A DNA stretch of 64,000 nucleotides, from the IMG/VR virus record IMGVR_UViG_3300046170_000302; one strand, given 5' to 3'. Of this stretch, positions 47,001 to 55,602 are shown in pieces (the first letter of the stretch is position 1; the number at the start of each line of letters is the position of its first letter). The position numbers and the translations under genes are program-made. Below the pieces are notes generated by a model that made no database searches, had not been told where the DNA came from, and worked only from the letters and a program-made list of their open reading frames with translations. Origin of the DNA: a virus (taxonomy: Duplodnaviria > Caudoviricetes).

Positions 47001-49074
47001 TAGAGGTGGTGATAAAGCATTTAATGGCACAATCTCTGATAATGCCTCAGCATCTACTAATAATCCTTCACTTTTGACTGCATCTTTTTCAGCAAACCTT
47101 ACTGGAGTTACATCTTTAAAAATATACAGTGGTTCTAATAGTTCTAATGCTTATATTAATGGTGCATCAGGTAGTACTGTTTCAATTACAGCAAACAACT
47201 GGACTGACTTAACATCATTAGCATCTGGTGCAAGTGGAACTATCAGTAGTATATCGGTTGTAACTGCTGGAGATAATGCACAGTTAGCTGCTGTAGAAGT
47301 TAATGGTTGTATTCTTGTTGATGGACTTGTGGGAGAGGCATTGGTAAGAGTAGGAGACACAGCAGCAACCAACTTCAACCCATTCAACACTGATATAAAC
47401 ACAGTTCGTGGACAAGAGACTGATTATTGCACTATAAATCCATTAGATGGATATGTTTCCACGAAAGATGGAAACCTGGAGACATCCACAAGTAGTGGAT
47501 GGCAGAGTATTAGAGCAACACTTGGAATGAATTCTGGTAAGTTCTATTGGGAAACTCAAAACAACCAAGATGCTTCAGCAATCCTTGGAATTGCTGATTC
47601 GGAAGCAACAGGGTTTGTGGATGGAAGTATTTTTGGCAGTACTGGTCATGGAGGCGGAGATGCAAATCCTGCATATACTTGGGCAGGTGCGAACTACTAC
47701 TTTAATGCAACTACAGCAGGCACCGGACTTTCAAACCATGTTCCTTCAGATGTTGTTCAGTATGCGTTTGATGCTGATAGTGGTAAACTTTGGTTTGGAA
47801 GAAATGGTGTTTGGTACAGTTCCTCTTGGGGAACCACTGGAAACCCTGCGGGTGGTTCTAACGCAACAGTGAGTGGCATAAACACTACTAAGACATATCT
47901 TGCCTGTGCTTCCTTTTATAATGGTTCAGGTAAATTTAACTTTGGACAAAAACCCTTCAAGTTCCCACCACCTGATGGTTTCTCACCACTGAATGCTGCT
48001 AATGTTCTTCCAGAGACTGTAATTACACGTCCTGATAAGTATGTTGGGGCAACAATTTGGGATGGAACAGGATCAGCAAGAAGCATAGATATTGGTACAC
48101 AACCAGACCTAGTTTGGGTTAAAGTAAGAAATCATACTTATTATCATTATTTGGTTGATTCTGTCAGAGGAGCAGGAAAAGAATTAAACTCAAACACAAC
48201 CGACGATGAATATACGGACACCAGCAATATATCTGCATTTAACGCCAACGGATTTAGTTTGGGAACTGGGGCTGGTGTAAACCAATCTGGTGGAAAAAAT
48301 TATGTGGCATGGTGCTGGAAAGCTGGTGGAAACAAAAACACCTTTAATGTTGATGATGTAGGTTATGCAAGTGCTGCTGCGGCAGGATTAGATGGTGGAA
48401 ATATTAATCCTAACCGTGCATCTGTTGGGACCAAGCAAGGTTTCAGTATCATAAGATATACTGGGACCGATGCAACATCAAATACTTTTTCTCACGGATT
48501 GACCCAAAAACCAGATTTTGCAATATTTAAGAATACATCTCAAGATGGAGACGATTGGATTGTATATCACTCCTCTATAGGAGCAACAAAGAGACTAAAA
48601 TTAAACTCATCTAATGCAGCTGATTCTCAAACCTCTCAATTCAATGATACCGAACCAACATCGTCAGTGTTCACCATTGGAACCTATGATAATATTAATA
48701 AACTGAATAATAATTATATCAGTTACATATGGCACAATGTCCCCGGACTACAGAAATTTGGTTCCGTTGAAACGGTTAGTGACGTTGGGTATGCTGAGAT
48801 AGGATTTAGACCAGCACTTGTAATCTTTAAAAATATAGATGCCAGTTCGAGTTGGTCCATTAGAGATAATAAAAGAGTCCCGTATAATCCCAATGACATA
48901 TTATTGAGGGCAGATACAGCCGGTGAAGACTTTACAAGCAGTGGAAAAGTAGATTTTCTCTCTAATGGGTTTAAGATTCAAGGTAGTGGTTTTGGCAGTT
49001 ATACATATATCTACGCAGCATGGGCAGAAGCACCAGCATTTAACTTGTATGGCGCACAGTCAAACGCCAGATAA
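44056..49074 (+). CDS. Giant (1672 aa) LamG/SPRY adhesin-like protein with an inserted cupredoxin-like domain
   Basis: Paralog of 30931 (MGVLIP start, AWAEAP..NL.GAQSNAR end); GHPL...YYCTNHGGM insert. Confidence 0.78.
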   Translation: MGVLIPSLQSGLLNQSSAQIVDGSLKFNETSGSYLTRTPSSNGNRKTWTWSCWCKIAKLPVSGTNGDRTLFSAVDTSNGGDDDAIRFIRSGITGGQSLYWSSSEYNVGDEEAIYTNAVLRDPNAFYHVVLIKDTTQSSLANGQMRMYINGVEQSLVESNAISQNAERAINSQIPHAIGDHYGQDRPWDGMMTQVYLIDGLSLGPGYFGFTDPLTNTWRPKKFKAEGTTLNDGTVWSSKVTGANNPANAFDGSLSSNMDNNGSAGTPIVLTASFTNVTSFRYYTSNSSAHDVSFSGGSVTTDAASSGWRTVSAPSSITSISWIHSNEPAAYVVIEAIEINGEILRDSTTTNLAFGTNGFYLPMDGNSPIGEDKSGRGNNWTPSGFGGSLELGNPNVSGAKPILNTDGGGNVARPGVFGSEVGAYYAVTVASVGGGNRYHFDGVDRPNPTLIRGATYTFDQSDSSNSGHPLRFATAADAAGSSQYTDGVVTNGTPGSAGAYTKITVPHNAPNTLHYYCTNHGGMGSSTSQTTDETKADPYAWKNTLALPLVGSANDVSNSVNSGSTTKTITVSGPVASTVQSNFYSGSFVFDGSNDRIITATDASLEFDGDFTFEAWANRTATGRECLFAQWLNSSSANRWRLELDKTSGKVTFVDGESNEQSFTYTSGVGTWNHWAITRSGNTAYIFENGNQIGTWTSTTNLGNGGDFTVGNTEDGGLWWQGYIQDVRAYKGVAKYTSNFVVPATSPDVLPDTPSGVSGSSKLTKVIDGAVHFDGTGDYLSLADSDDIDLTGSISFTVEAFIYKKDSAEDQIFEFRGGGSTGWTLYTTTSNTLQIYDSVANTQVGTSTGKIIPNAWNHIALTKNGSGSNNCDFWINGVNSGTFSLASFATTDSTGLRIGASKDTSAFFTGFMSNVRILKGTALYTSNFTPSTTPLTNVTNTKLLCCQSNTSANLTGVSPATFSNDGRTYSSGVTFSPGVLSSTRGGDKAFNGTISDNASASTNNPSLLTASFSANLTGVTSLKIYSGSNSSNAYINGASGSTVSITANNWTDLTSLASGASGTISSISVVTAGDNAQLAAVEVNGCILVDGLVGEALVRVGDTAATNFNPFNTDINTVRGQETDYCTINPLDGYVSTKDGNLETSTSSGWQSIRATLGMNSGKFYWETQNNQDASAILGIADSEATGFVDGSIFGSTGHGGGDANPAYTWAGANYYFNATTAGTGLSNHVPSDVVQYAFDADSGKLWFGRNGVWYSSSWGTTGNPAGGSNATVSGINTTKTYLACASFYNGSGKFNFGQKPFKFPPPDGFSPLNAANVLPETVITRPDKYVGATIWDGTGSARSIDIGTQPDLVWVKVRNHTYYHYLVDSVRGAGKELNSNTTDDEYTDTSNISAFNANGFSLGTGAGVNQSGGKNYVAWCWKAGGNKNTFNVDDVGYASAAAAGLDGGNINPNRASVGTKQGFSIIRYTGTDATSNTFSHGLTQKPDFAIFKNTSQDGDDWIVYHSSIGATKRLKLNSSNAADSQTSQFNDTEPTSSVFTIGTYDNINKLNNNYISYIWHNVPGLQKFGSVETVSDVGYAEIGFRPALVIFKNIDASSSWSIRDNKRVPYNPNDILLRADTAGEDFTSSGKVDFLSNGFKIQGSGFGSYTYIYAAWAEAPAFNLYGAQSNAR

Positions 49075-49103
49075 TTGATATTCTGATTAAACTGATATAT
49101 AAT
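49075..49103 (+). promoter_or_regulatory. Sigma70-type promoter
   Basis: TTGATA (49075-80), 17 nt, TATAAT (49098-103). Confidence 0.75.
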
Positions 49104-49127
49104 ACAACTGAATACATTATACATTGA

Positions 49128-49755
49128 ATGGCATATCAATCTATTTGGTATTACACAGATCTTCCTGAAGATGTTGTAAATATCGTGGAGAAGGATCTCA
49201 CAGAGAAGTTTGATCCTTCAATGGCAGACTCCAAACTTCATGGAGATGCACTCAACAAAGACAAACGTGACTCACAGAACACCTGGATACCCTCTAATCA
49301 TTGGGTTGGTGGTTTCTTGTGGAGTTTTGTTGAACGTGCAAACAGAGAGAACTTTTTGTATGATTTGAGTAATATTGATGGTGAAAGTCTTCAATATACT
49401 CGATATGAGACAGGTCAGTTCTATGGATGGCATAATGATGCTGGACTTGCAACACAATATAAACCTGTAAGCGTAGGGTAACAGAGGTAATGGACAGGAG
49501 AATGTTCAGGACTTTGTAAATGAGAACTGCGAAAGAGTTCGTAAGTTATCCTTCTCACTACAACTGAGTGACCCTGATGATTATGAGGGTGGTAATGTTC
49601 AGTTTATGGATGAGGGTGGTAAGAGTTACTTTGCCCCTCGTAAGAGAGGTTGTATCGTGTTGTTTGACTCACGGACACAACATAGGGTATTGAAGGTTAC
49701 TAAAGGAACCCGTAAGTCTATTGTGGGTTGGGTTGTTGGACCGAGGTGGAAGTAA
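49128..49755 (+). CDS. 2OG-Fe(II) oxygenase, prolyl-hydroxylase/PKHD-like; +1 frameshift at ~49477
   Basis: QYTRY...GWHND, then after removing one G: RKLSFSLQLSDPDDYEGG...FDSRTQHRV...RKSIVGWVVGPRWK. Confidence 0.8.
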
Positions 49756-50471
49756 TGGCAGAACAAATGAACGAACTGCAGTTATTGTTTCAAGAGAAAC
49801 AAAACACTGGAACATCATGGACTCGTAATGAAAAGTTTGATAAAGATGGATACTTAGTTGTTAAGGATCTGTGGGATGCTGAAGAACTTTATCACCCACT
49901 TCCAGAACTGAGAGGACAACTCAACTACTGGGATAAGAATGTAGAGAACTTCAATCATACTGAAGTAGAACAACAAGTAGAAGGATCACTTGCACGATAC
50001 TGGCACCCACAATATCGTCTAATTCATAGTGGTATTCGTCTAAAACTGGAAGAGATTATCGGTCGTAAGTTATATAATACTTACTACTATGACAGGTATT
50101 ACTTTCCTGGACAAGAGCTAAGTAAGCATGCTGACCGTGATGCATGTGAGATTTCAGTATCAGTTCACATTAGCACTAACCTAGAAGGTAAGGATGCTAA
50201 GTGGCCCTTTATGATTAAGACACCTGATACATACACTGATAAGAAGAAAACAGCTGTTCTTGTTCCTGGTGAAGAAAGAAGTCTGTCACTAGAACCTGGT
50301 GATGGTTTGTTGTATAAAGGATGTGAAAGACCACACTGGCGTGAAGCAATGCCAGGTAAAGTGAAGAAAGTATTTGGTAAGAAAGTTGAACTCTATTATC
50401 ATCAAATCTTCTTTCATTATGTTCTTGCTGATGGTCAGAGAGCACACTGTGCAGGGGATATGGCACGATGA
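49755..50471 (+). CDS. 2OG-Fe(II) oxygenase-like protein
   Basis: TAATG-coupled start MAEQ; KHADRDACEISVSVHI...GDGLLYKGCERPHWRE...QIFFHY. Confidence 0.72.
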   Translation: MAEQMNELQLLFQEKQNTGTSWTRNEKFDKDGYLVVKDLWDAEELYHPLPELRGQLNYWDKNVENFNHTEVEQQVEGSLARYWHPQYRLIHSGIRLKLEEIIGRKLYNTYYYDRYYFPGQELSKHADRDACEISVSVHISTNLEGKDAKWPFMIKTPDTYTDKKKTAVLVPGEERSLSLEPGDGLLYKGCERPHWREAMPGKVKKVFGKKVELYYHQIFFHYVLADGQRAHCAGDMAR

Positions 50472-51020
50472 AGGCACCTCTTTTTGAATATCCTACCTAT
50501 CAATATCAAATTAAGGATTGGGATTTTAAGAAGAAAGGATTGCTGAAGAGGTTAAAGGGAGGAGAAGTTTATTAGAACTGACCTCCAAACCTTTGAGACT
50601 GATAGACAGACTAACAAGAAATCTTATCTTCATTACTTCCAAGACTTAATCAAGGATGAGTTGTGGGAGTTTGTTCAGGAAGCACAAGTCACCTGTAGTA
50701 TGACTGATGTATGGGCAGTTCGTTATCAAAAAGGAGACCAGCAAACAATTCATAACCATAAGAGTTGGGGATTTACTGGTATTCTTTATGTTGACTTTTG
50801 ACCCTAAAGTTCATACTCCCACTTGTTTTGTGGCTCCGTGGCAAGACCCAAGAACTGATACTACATCACTTAGCATATCCACAGAATGTAAAAGGAGGGA
50901 ACAATCTTTATCTCTCCATCATATACCTTACACTTTGTCCATCCTAATCAGGTAAGAAAACACAGAACTATTATATCTTTTGACTTACTTCCTAAACTAC
51001 CTGACCATCAATCAGTATAA
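50468..51020 (+). CDS. Putative 2OG-Fe(II) oxygenase (TIGR02466-like); ~4 single-base insertions
   Basis: Hand-reconstructed: MKAPLFEYP...WAVRYQKGDQQTIHNHKSWGFTGILYVDF...PSYTLHFV...RTIISFDL. Confidence 0.65.
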
Positions 51021-51031
51021 ATAACTGAAAA
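51016..51031 (+). promoter_or_regulatory. T4 late promoter (perfect core, extended variant)
   Basis: TATAAATAACTGAAAA before ATG 51043. Confidence 0.8.
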
Positions 51032-51042
51032 GTGGATAAAAG

Positions 51043-51468
51043 ATGGCGATATCCAACGCTGTTAGTCTAGCTAACTTTACTTCTGGCGATTCACTCATCA
51101 TTGATAGTGCTAATGATAGAGTCGGTATTGCTACTACGGTACCAACTACTACACTTGATGTTGCTGGTGGTGTAAAAGTCAGTGGTGTGGTGACGGCTAC
51201 ATCATTTGTTGGTAGTGGTGCTAACCTCACCGATGTAATCTCTGGTGTTGAACTAAAACAATCTGGAAATAGTGTTGGTACCAGTATTACTGCTATCAAT
51301 TTTAATGGTGCTACAGTATCAACACCAGTAGCTGGTTTAGCTACCGTATCGGTTGCACAAAACCTCACCATTGCAGTGAGAGTGGGATCAGCTGTTACCT
51401 TTGCAATTAGTGGAAGCACATTCAATATTTCCAATAGAGCTGGTGGAAATGTTCCCATCAATGTTTGA
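51043..51468 (+). CDS. Short fibre stub
   Basis: RVGIATTVPTTTLDVAG, TATSFVGSGANLT fibre motifs. Confidence 0.65.
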   Translation: MAISNAVSLANFTSGDSLIIDSANDRVGIATTVPTTTLDVAGGVKVSGVVTATSFVGSGANLTDVISGVELKQSGNSVGTSITAINFNGATVSTPVAGLATVSVAQNLTIAVRVGSAVTFAISGSTFNISNRAGGNVPINV

Positions 51469-51497
51469 TAAATACCAACATAGGAGTTTAATTCAAA

Positions 51498-52136
51498 ATG
51501 GCTAACAGATTTCCACTTATTGCTAACTCAAGCAGTAATCAAATCCAAGAACTTGCCAACGCAGATAATCTTGATCTCACGGGTAATAACATTGTTGGAG
51601 TAGTCAACATCTCTGCTAGTGGAACTGTATCTGTTGGTGGTACACTCACATATGAAGATGTAACTAACGTAGATTCTGTTGGTTTGATTACCGCTAGGAC
51701 TGGTATTAATGTAGTTGCTGGTGTTTCAACATTTAAAGGTGCTAACTTCAACGGTGGATTACTGTTGAGAGAGAAGATTAAGATCACCGCTGGTAAGTTG
51801 AGTGATAATCTTAATATCAACCTTGATAATGGTATGGTTCACCATTTCACAACACAAGAAACCACAACAGCAATTCCAAACATCATGTCAGCTGTTGGAA
51901 TTAATACACAAATGGACACTGGTGACGCAGTAGCAGTTACTATTATCACTACAGCAGCTGCAGGTGGATATTCAGCTTCCATCAAGATTGATGGTGCTGC
52001 TAATGATGTAAAATGGTCTGGTGGTGCTGATCCATCAGCTGGTGGAGCTTCTGGTAATGATGTTTATGCACTACAAATTATTAAGACAGGATCGGCAGCT
52101 TATACGGTACTTGGTGCACTAAACAACTTCGCTTGA
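51498..52136 (+). CDS. Fibre stub with socket-type C-terminal domain
   Basis: MANRFPLIAN; YEDVTNVDSVG; ends KWSGG..P...DVY...NNFA; ATAAATA at 51468. Confidence 0.65.
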   Translation: MANRFPLIANSSSNQIQELANADNLDLTGNNIVGVVNISASGTVSVGGTLTYEDVTNVDSVGLITARTGINVVAGVSTFKGANFNGGLLLREKIKITAGKLSDNLNINLDNGMVHHFTTQETTTAIPNIMSAVGINTQMDTGDAVAVTIITTAAAGGYSASIKIDGAANDVKWSGGADPSAGGASGNDVYALQIIKTGSAAYTVLGALNNFA

Positions 52137-52151
52137 TAGGAGATAAAAACA

Positions 52152-55100
52152 ATGTTACTTGATAACTATAAAAAGCAAAGTCCAATTGTAGGTGTTGCTG
52201 GATTAGGTGGAGGTATCAACTCATATATCTTCCTATCATCTGGTGAAGATTATGTCATTTCCAAAAGCTTGCGTTTCAATTCAGGAGACTCGGCTTATCT
52301 TAATCGCACCCCAAGTTCTGCGTCTAATCGCAAGACGTGGACTTGGAGTGGCTGGGTAAAACGTTCAGACATAAGTGCTACAAAAACACTATGGGCGTCC
52401 TCAACTCTTTCTTCAATTAGATTTGCGACTAACAGTGAAATCGAATGGTTATACGAAGGCAATTATGGCCTCAAAACTAATGCGGTATTTCGAGATATTT
52501 CCGCATGGTATCACTTCGTTTTTGTTCTTGACACAACAAATTCTACGGCAGATGATCGTCAAAAAATATATGTAAATGGTACTCAATTAACCAGTTTTGC
52601 GAGCAGAGGAAACCCGTCTTTAAACTCAGACAAGCAGTGGAACGCTGCCTCTGCTCATGCAATAGGGGCTAAGCCTGATGCTTCAGTTGAGTTTGATGGT
52701 CATTTAGCCGAAATTAATTTTGTCGATGGTCAAGCATTATCACCAACAGATTTTGGTGAGTTTGATACATCTGGAGTATGGCAACCGAAGAAATACAGTG
52801 GTTCTTATGGCACAAATGGTTTCCATCTTGATTTCAAAGATAGTAGTTCAAACGCAGCTCTTGGATATGATGCTGCTGGTAGTAATAACTTTACTGTTAA
52901 TAACTTAACGGCATCAGCGCCTGGTCTTGCGACTGCTAATCAAGGGATGGATGTTGTTACTTATACAGGTAATGCTGGCACAAAAGTTGTCAGTGGATTG
53001 GCCTTCCAACCAGATCTTTTATGGTTGAAAAGAAGAGATGGTGAAGCTCACCATTATCTAGTTGACTCAGTTCGTGGTCTTGGCACAAGTGAACGACTTG
53101 CCTCTGATAGGACTGATGCTGGTGGTGATGGTACTCAAAGAGTAGCGTCTTTTAATTCAGACGGTTTCACTGTATCTGGCAATTATGGTTACACAAATAT
53201 TAGTGGGGGCAATTATGTAGCCTGGGCTTGGAAGGCTGGCGGATCTGCGTCGTCAAATACAGATGGAACGCTAACAAGTCAGGTATCGGCAAATACTACT
53301 TATGGGTTCAGTATTGTTAAATTTACAATGGGTTCTAGCGATGTCACCTGCGGCCATGGCTTGGCCGTTGAGCCTAAGTTTATAATTACAAAACGATATG
53401 GCAGCACTGGAAGTTGGATTACTTATCACGCATCACTAGGTAAGAGCAAGTACATGATGCTTAACAGTACAGCAGTAGCATATACTGATACTGCAGACGC
53501 ATACACAAGCACCAACAGTTCAGTCTTTGACGCTCGTGCGGGGTTGATAGATGCTGGTGATTGTATTAGCTACGTGTGGTCAGAAATTGCCGGATTTAGT
53601 AAGTTTGGAACATTTACGCATAGTGGTGGTGGTCAAACGCTTGATTTCGGATTTACGCCAAGATATTGGCTAGTTAAAGAAACTGATGGAACAACTCCTT
53701 GGTATATCTTTGATGCTGAGCGAGATAATTTTGATGATCCCTTATATACAAACACCAATGGCACGGAGGGTAGCAACTTTGGATTTACTTTCTCTGGTAC
53801 TACTGTCACTTGGGTAGGTGGTAGTTTTCTTGCAGGCACCTACATCTACAGTGCATTTGCGGCAAAGCCCGACCAGACTGTAATTGACTCCCTACTCGAC
53901 TCACCATCACAAAGTGTTGCAGATGAGACAGATACTGGTCTCGGAGGCCAAATAACAGGGAATTACGCGACGCTCAACCCACTCGATCCAACGACAGTAA
54001 CGTTGTCTAACGGCAATCTTGATTGTGTCACTAACAATGCTGGAACACATGTGCGTGGAACGATAGGAATTAGCAGTGGCAAATGGTATTGGGAAGTTGT
54101 TGCAGGTTCTTCGCCCGAATTGCTTGTTGGCATTTGCACTCCATCTCTTCCTTTCAATACAGACATGACTGGGGGTGGTGGCTACAGCTATTATTCAGGT
54201 AACGGCAATAAATACACAACTTCAGGGTCTAGTTATGGTGCTAGTTGGACTACTGGAGATACCATTGGAGTTGCGTTTGATGCTGACGCTGGAACACTAA
54301 CTTTCTATAAAAATGGTTCTAGCCAAGGTCAAGCCTTTTCAGGATTAACGTCTGGGCCGTATTTCCCAGCAGCATCGGACGGAAGTTCATCTGCAAGCTC
54401 TAACTTTATCATCAACTTCGGCCAACGTGCCTTCTCCCACGCAGCTCCAAGTGGCTACAAGGCTTTAACCGTTGAAAACTTACCGACACCAACGATTGCG
54501 GATGGTAGTAAGTTTTTTGATACGAAGTTGGTTTCAGGCAATAGCTCAACACAGACCATTTCTGGACTCAATTTTTCCCCAGATTTTGTTTGGGCAAAGT
54601 CAAGAAGTCACACGACCGACCACTATTTATTTGATACTGTTCGTGGCGCTACTAATGATTTAAAGTCAAACAGCACTAGTGCCGAAGGTTCTAACAGTGG
54701 CTTGACTCAGTTTAATTCTGATGGATATAACATAGGTTCAGACTCCTCGATGAATACATCAGGACGAACGTATGTAAACTGGGCTTGGGACGCCGGAACA
54801 TCGACTGTAACTAACAACGACGGCAGTATTGCTTCACAAGTAAGAGCCAACCCAGCTGCTGGGTTCTCGATTGTTACTTATTCTGGTAATGAAAGTGGTG
54901 CAACTGTAGGTCACGGATTAAATGCACCTTTGCAAATGATCTGGATCAAACAAAGGACTAACCATTCCACAACAGGTAAAGGCGATGGTAATTGGATTGT
55001 TGGACATGTTGGAGTTGGAATGGGATCAGGTCGTTTAATTTTAAATGACACTTATGCAAATGATAATGGAAGTAGTGCCGGGGGTCACTGGAACAGTACT

Positions 55101-55526
55101 GCGGCTACAAGTTCTGTGTTTTCGGTAGGTAGTTCTGGGAATGTAAATGGAAGCAACAATGCTACTTATGTCGCCTACTGCTTCGCACCTATTGAAGGAT
55201 ATAGCGCAATGGGCAGTTACATCGGCAATTCAAATGTTAATGGTCCGTTTGTATACACCGGATTTAGACCTAGCTGGATTATGTTTAAACCAGTAGCTGG
55301 TCATGATTGGGTAATCATGGATGTTAAACGTGATACTTATAACATTATGGATACATCTCTTTATCCAAACGCTGTTTCTACTGATACAAGTTCTAATCCT
55401 AGATTAGATATTCTGAGTAATGGGTTTAAGATACGTTCAACTTATGCTTCATCAAACCCATCTGGCACCGCCGTTATATACGCCGCCTTTGCTGAACATC
55501 CCTTCAATTCATCAAGAGCACGTTGA
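52152..55526 (+). CDS. Large (1124 aa) LamG/SPRY adhesin-like protein
   Basis: LRFNSG...RKTWTWSGW LamG-like N-domain; PDLLWLK domain; SPRY; second PDFVWAK domain; ends YAAFAEHPF. Confidence 0.75.
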   Translation: MLLDNYKKQSPIVGVAGLGGGINSYIFLSSGEDYVISKSLRFNSGDSAYLNRTPSSASNRKTWTWSGWVKRSDISATKTLWASSTLSSIRFATNSEIEWLYEGNYGLKTNAVFRDISAWYHFVFVLDTTNSTADDRQKIYVNGTQLTSFASRGNPSLNSDKQWNAASAHAIGAKPDASVEFDGHLAEINFVDGQALSPTDFGEFDTSGVWQPKKYSGSYGTNGFHLDFKDSSSNAALGYDAAGSNNFTVNNLTASAPGLATANQGMDVVTYTGNAGTKVVSGLAFQPDLLWLKRRDGEAHHYLVDSVRGLGTSERLASDRTDAGGDGTQRVASFNSDGFTVSGNYGYTNISGGNYVAWAWKAGGSASSNTDGTLTSQVSANTTYGFSIVKFTMGSSDVTCGHGLAVEPKFIITKRYGSTGSWITYHASLGKSKYMMLNSTAVAYTDTADAYTSTNSSVFDARAGLIDAGDCISYVWSEIAGFSKFGTFTHSGGGQTLDFGFTPRYWLVKETDGTTPWYIFDAERDNFDDPLYTNTNGTEGSNFGFTFSGTTVTWVGGSFLAGTYIYSAFAAKPDQTVIDSLLDSPSQSVADETDTGLGGQITGNYATLNPLDPTTVTLSNGNLDCVTNNAGTHVRGTIGISSGKWYWEVVAGSSPELLVGICTPSLPFNTDMTGGGGYSYYSGNGNKYTTSGSSYGASWTTGDTIGVAFDADAGTLTFYKNGSSQGQAFSGLTSGPYFPAASDGSSSASSNFIINFGQRAFSHAAPSGYKALTVENLPTPTIADGSKFFDTKLVSGNSSTQTISGLNFSPDFVWAKSRSHTTDHYLFDTVRGATNDLKSNSTSAEGSNSGLTQFNSDGYNIGSDSSMNTSGRTYVNWAWDAGTSTVTNNDGSIASQVRANPAAGFSIVTYSGNESGATVGHGLNAPLQMIWIKQRTNHSTTGKGDGNWIVGHVGVGMGSGRLILNDTYANDNGSSAGGHWNSTAATSSVFSVGSSGNVNGSNNATYVAYCFAPIEGYSAMGSYIGNSNVNGPFVYTGFRPSWIMFKPVAGHDWVIMDVKRDTYNIMDTSLYPNAVSTDTSSNPRLDILSNGFKIRSTYASSNPSGTAVIYAAFAEHPFNSSRAR

Positions 55527-55550
55527 CACTCTACAAACTGAACACTTGAC

Positions 55551-55580
55551 ACCCCACTCAAACCGAGTGGGGTTTATTAT
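55551..55580 (+). terminator. Probable intrinsic terminator ending the fibre array
   Basis: ACCCCACTC-AAACC-GAGTGGGGT followed by TTATTAT. Confidence 0.7.
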
Positions 55581-55602
55581 TGCCTATACATATACACGAC
55601 CC

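Noticed and set aside
30915-49074. Diversity-generating retroelement TR/VR pairs
   Set aside because: No reverse transcriptase in the window; mismatches are not adenine-specific; both copies lie in intact reading frames.
38-54166. Numerous minus-strand and alternative-frame ORFs in the track (e.g. 2586..3347, 26769..27251, 28516..28968, 41638..41997)
   Set aside because: Shadow ORFs of Gly-rich or low-stop-bias genes (poly-Pro/His or poly-Val translations), with no motifs or expression signals.
55546-55574. TTGACA at 55546 as a canonical -35
   Set aside because: No -10 at 16-18 bp spacing; it runs into the hairpin, and the nearest TATTAT is 23 bp away.
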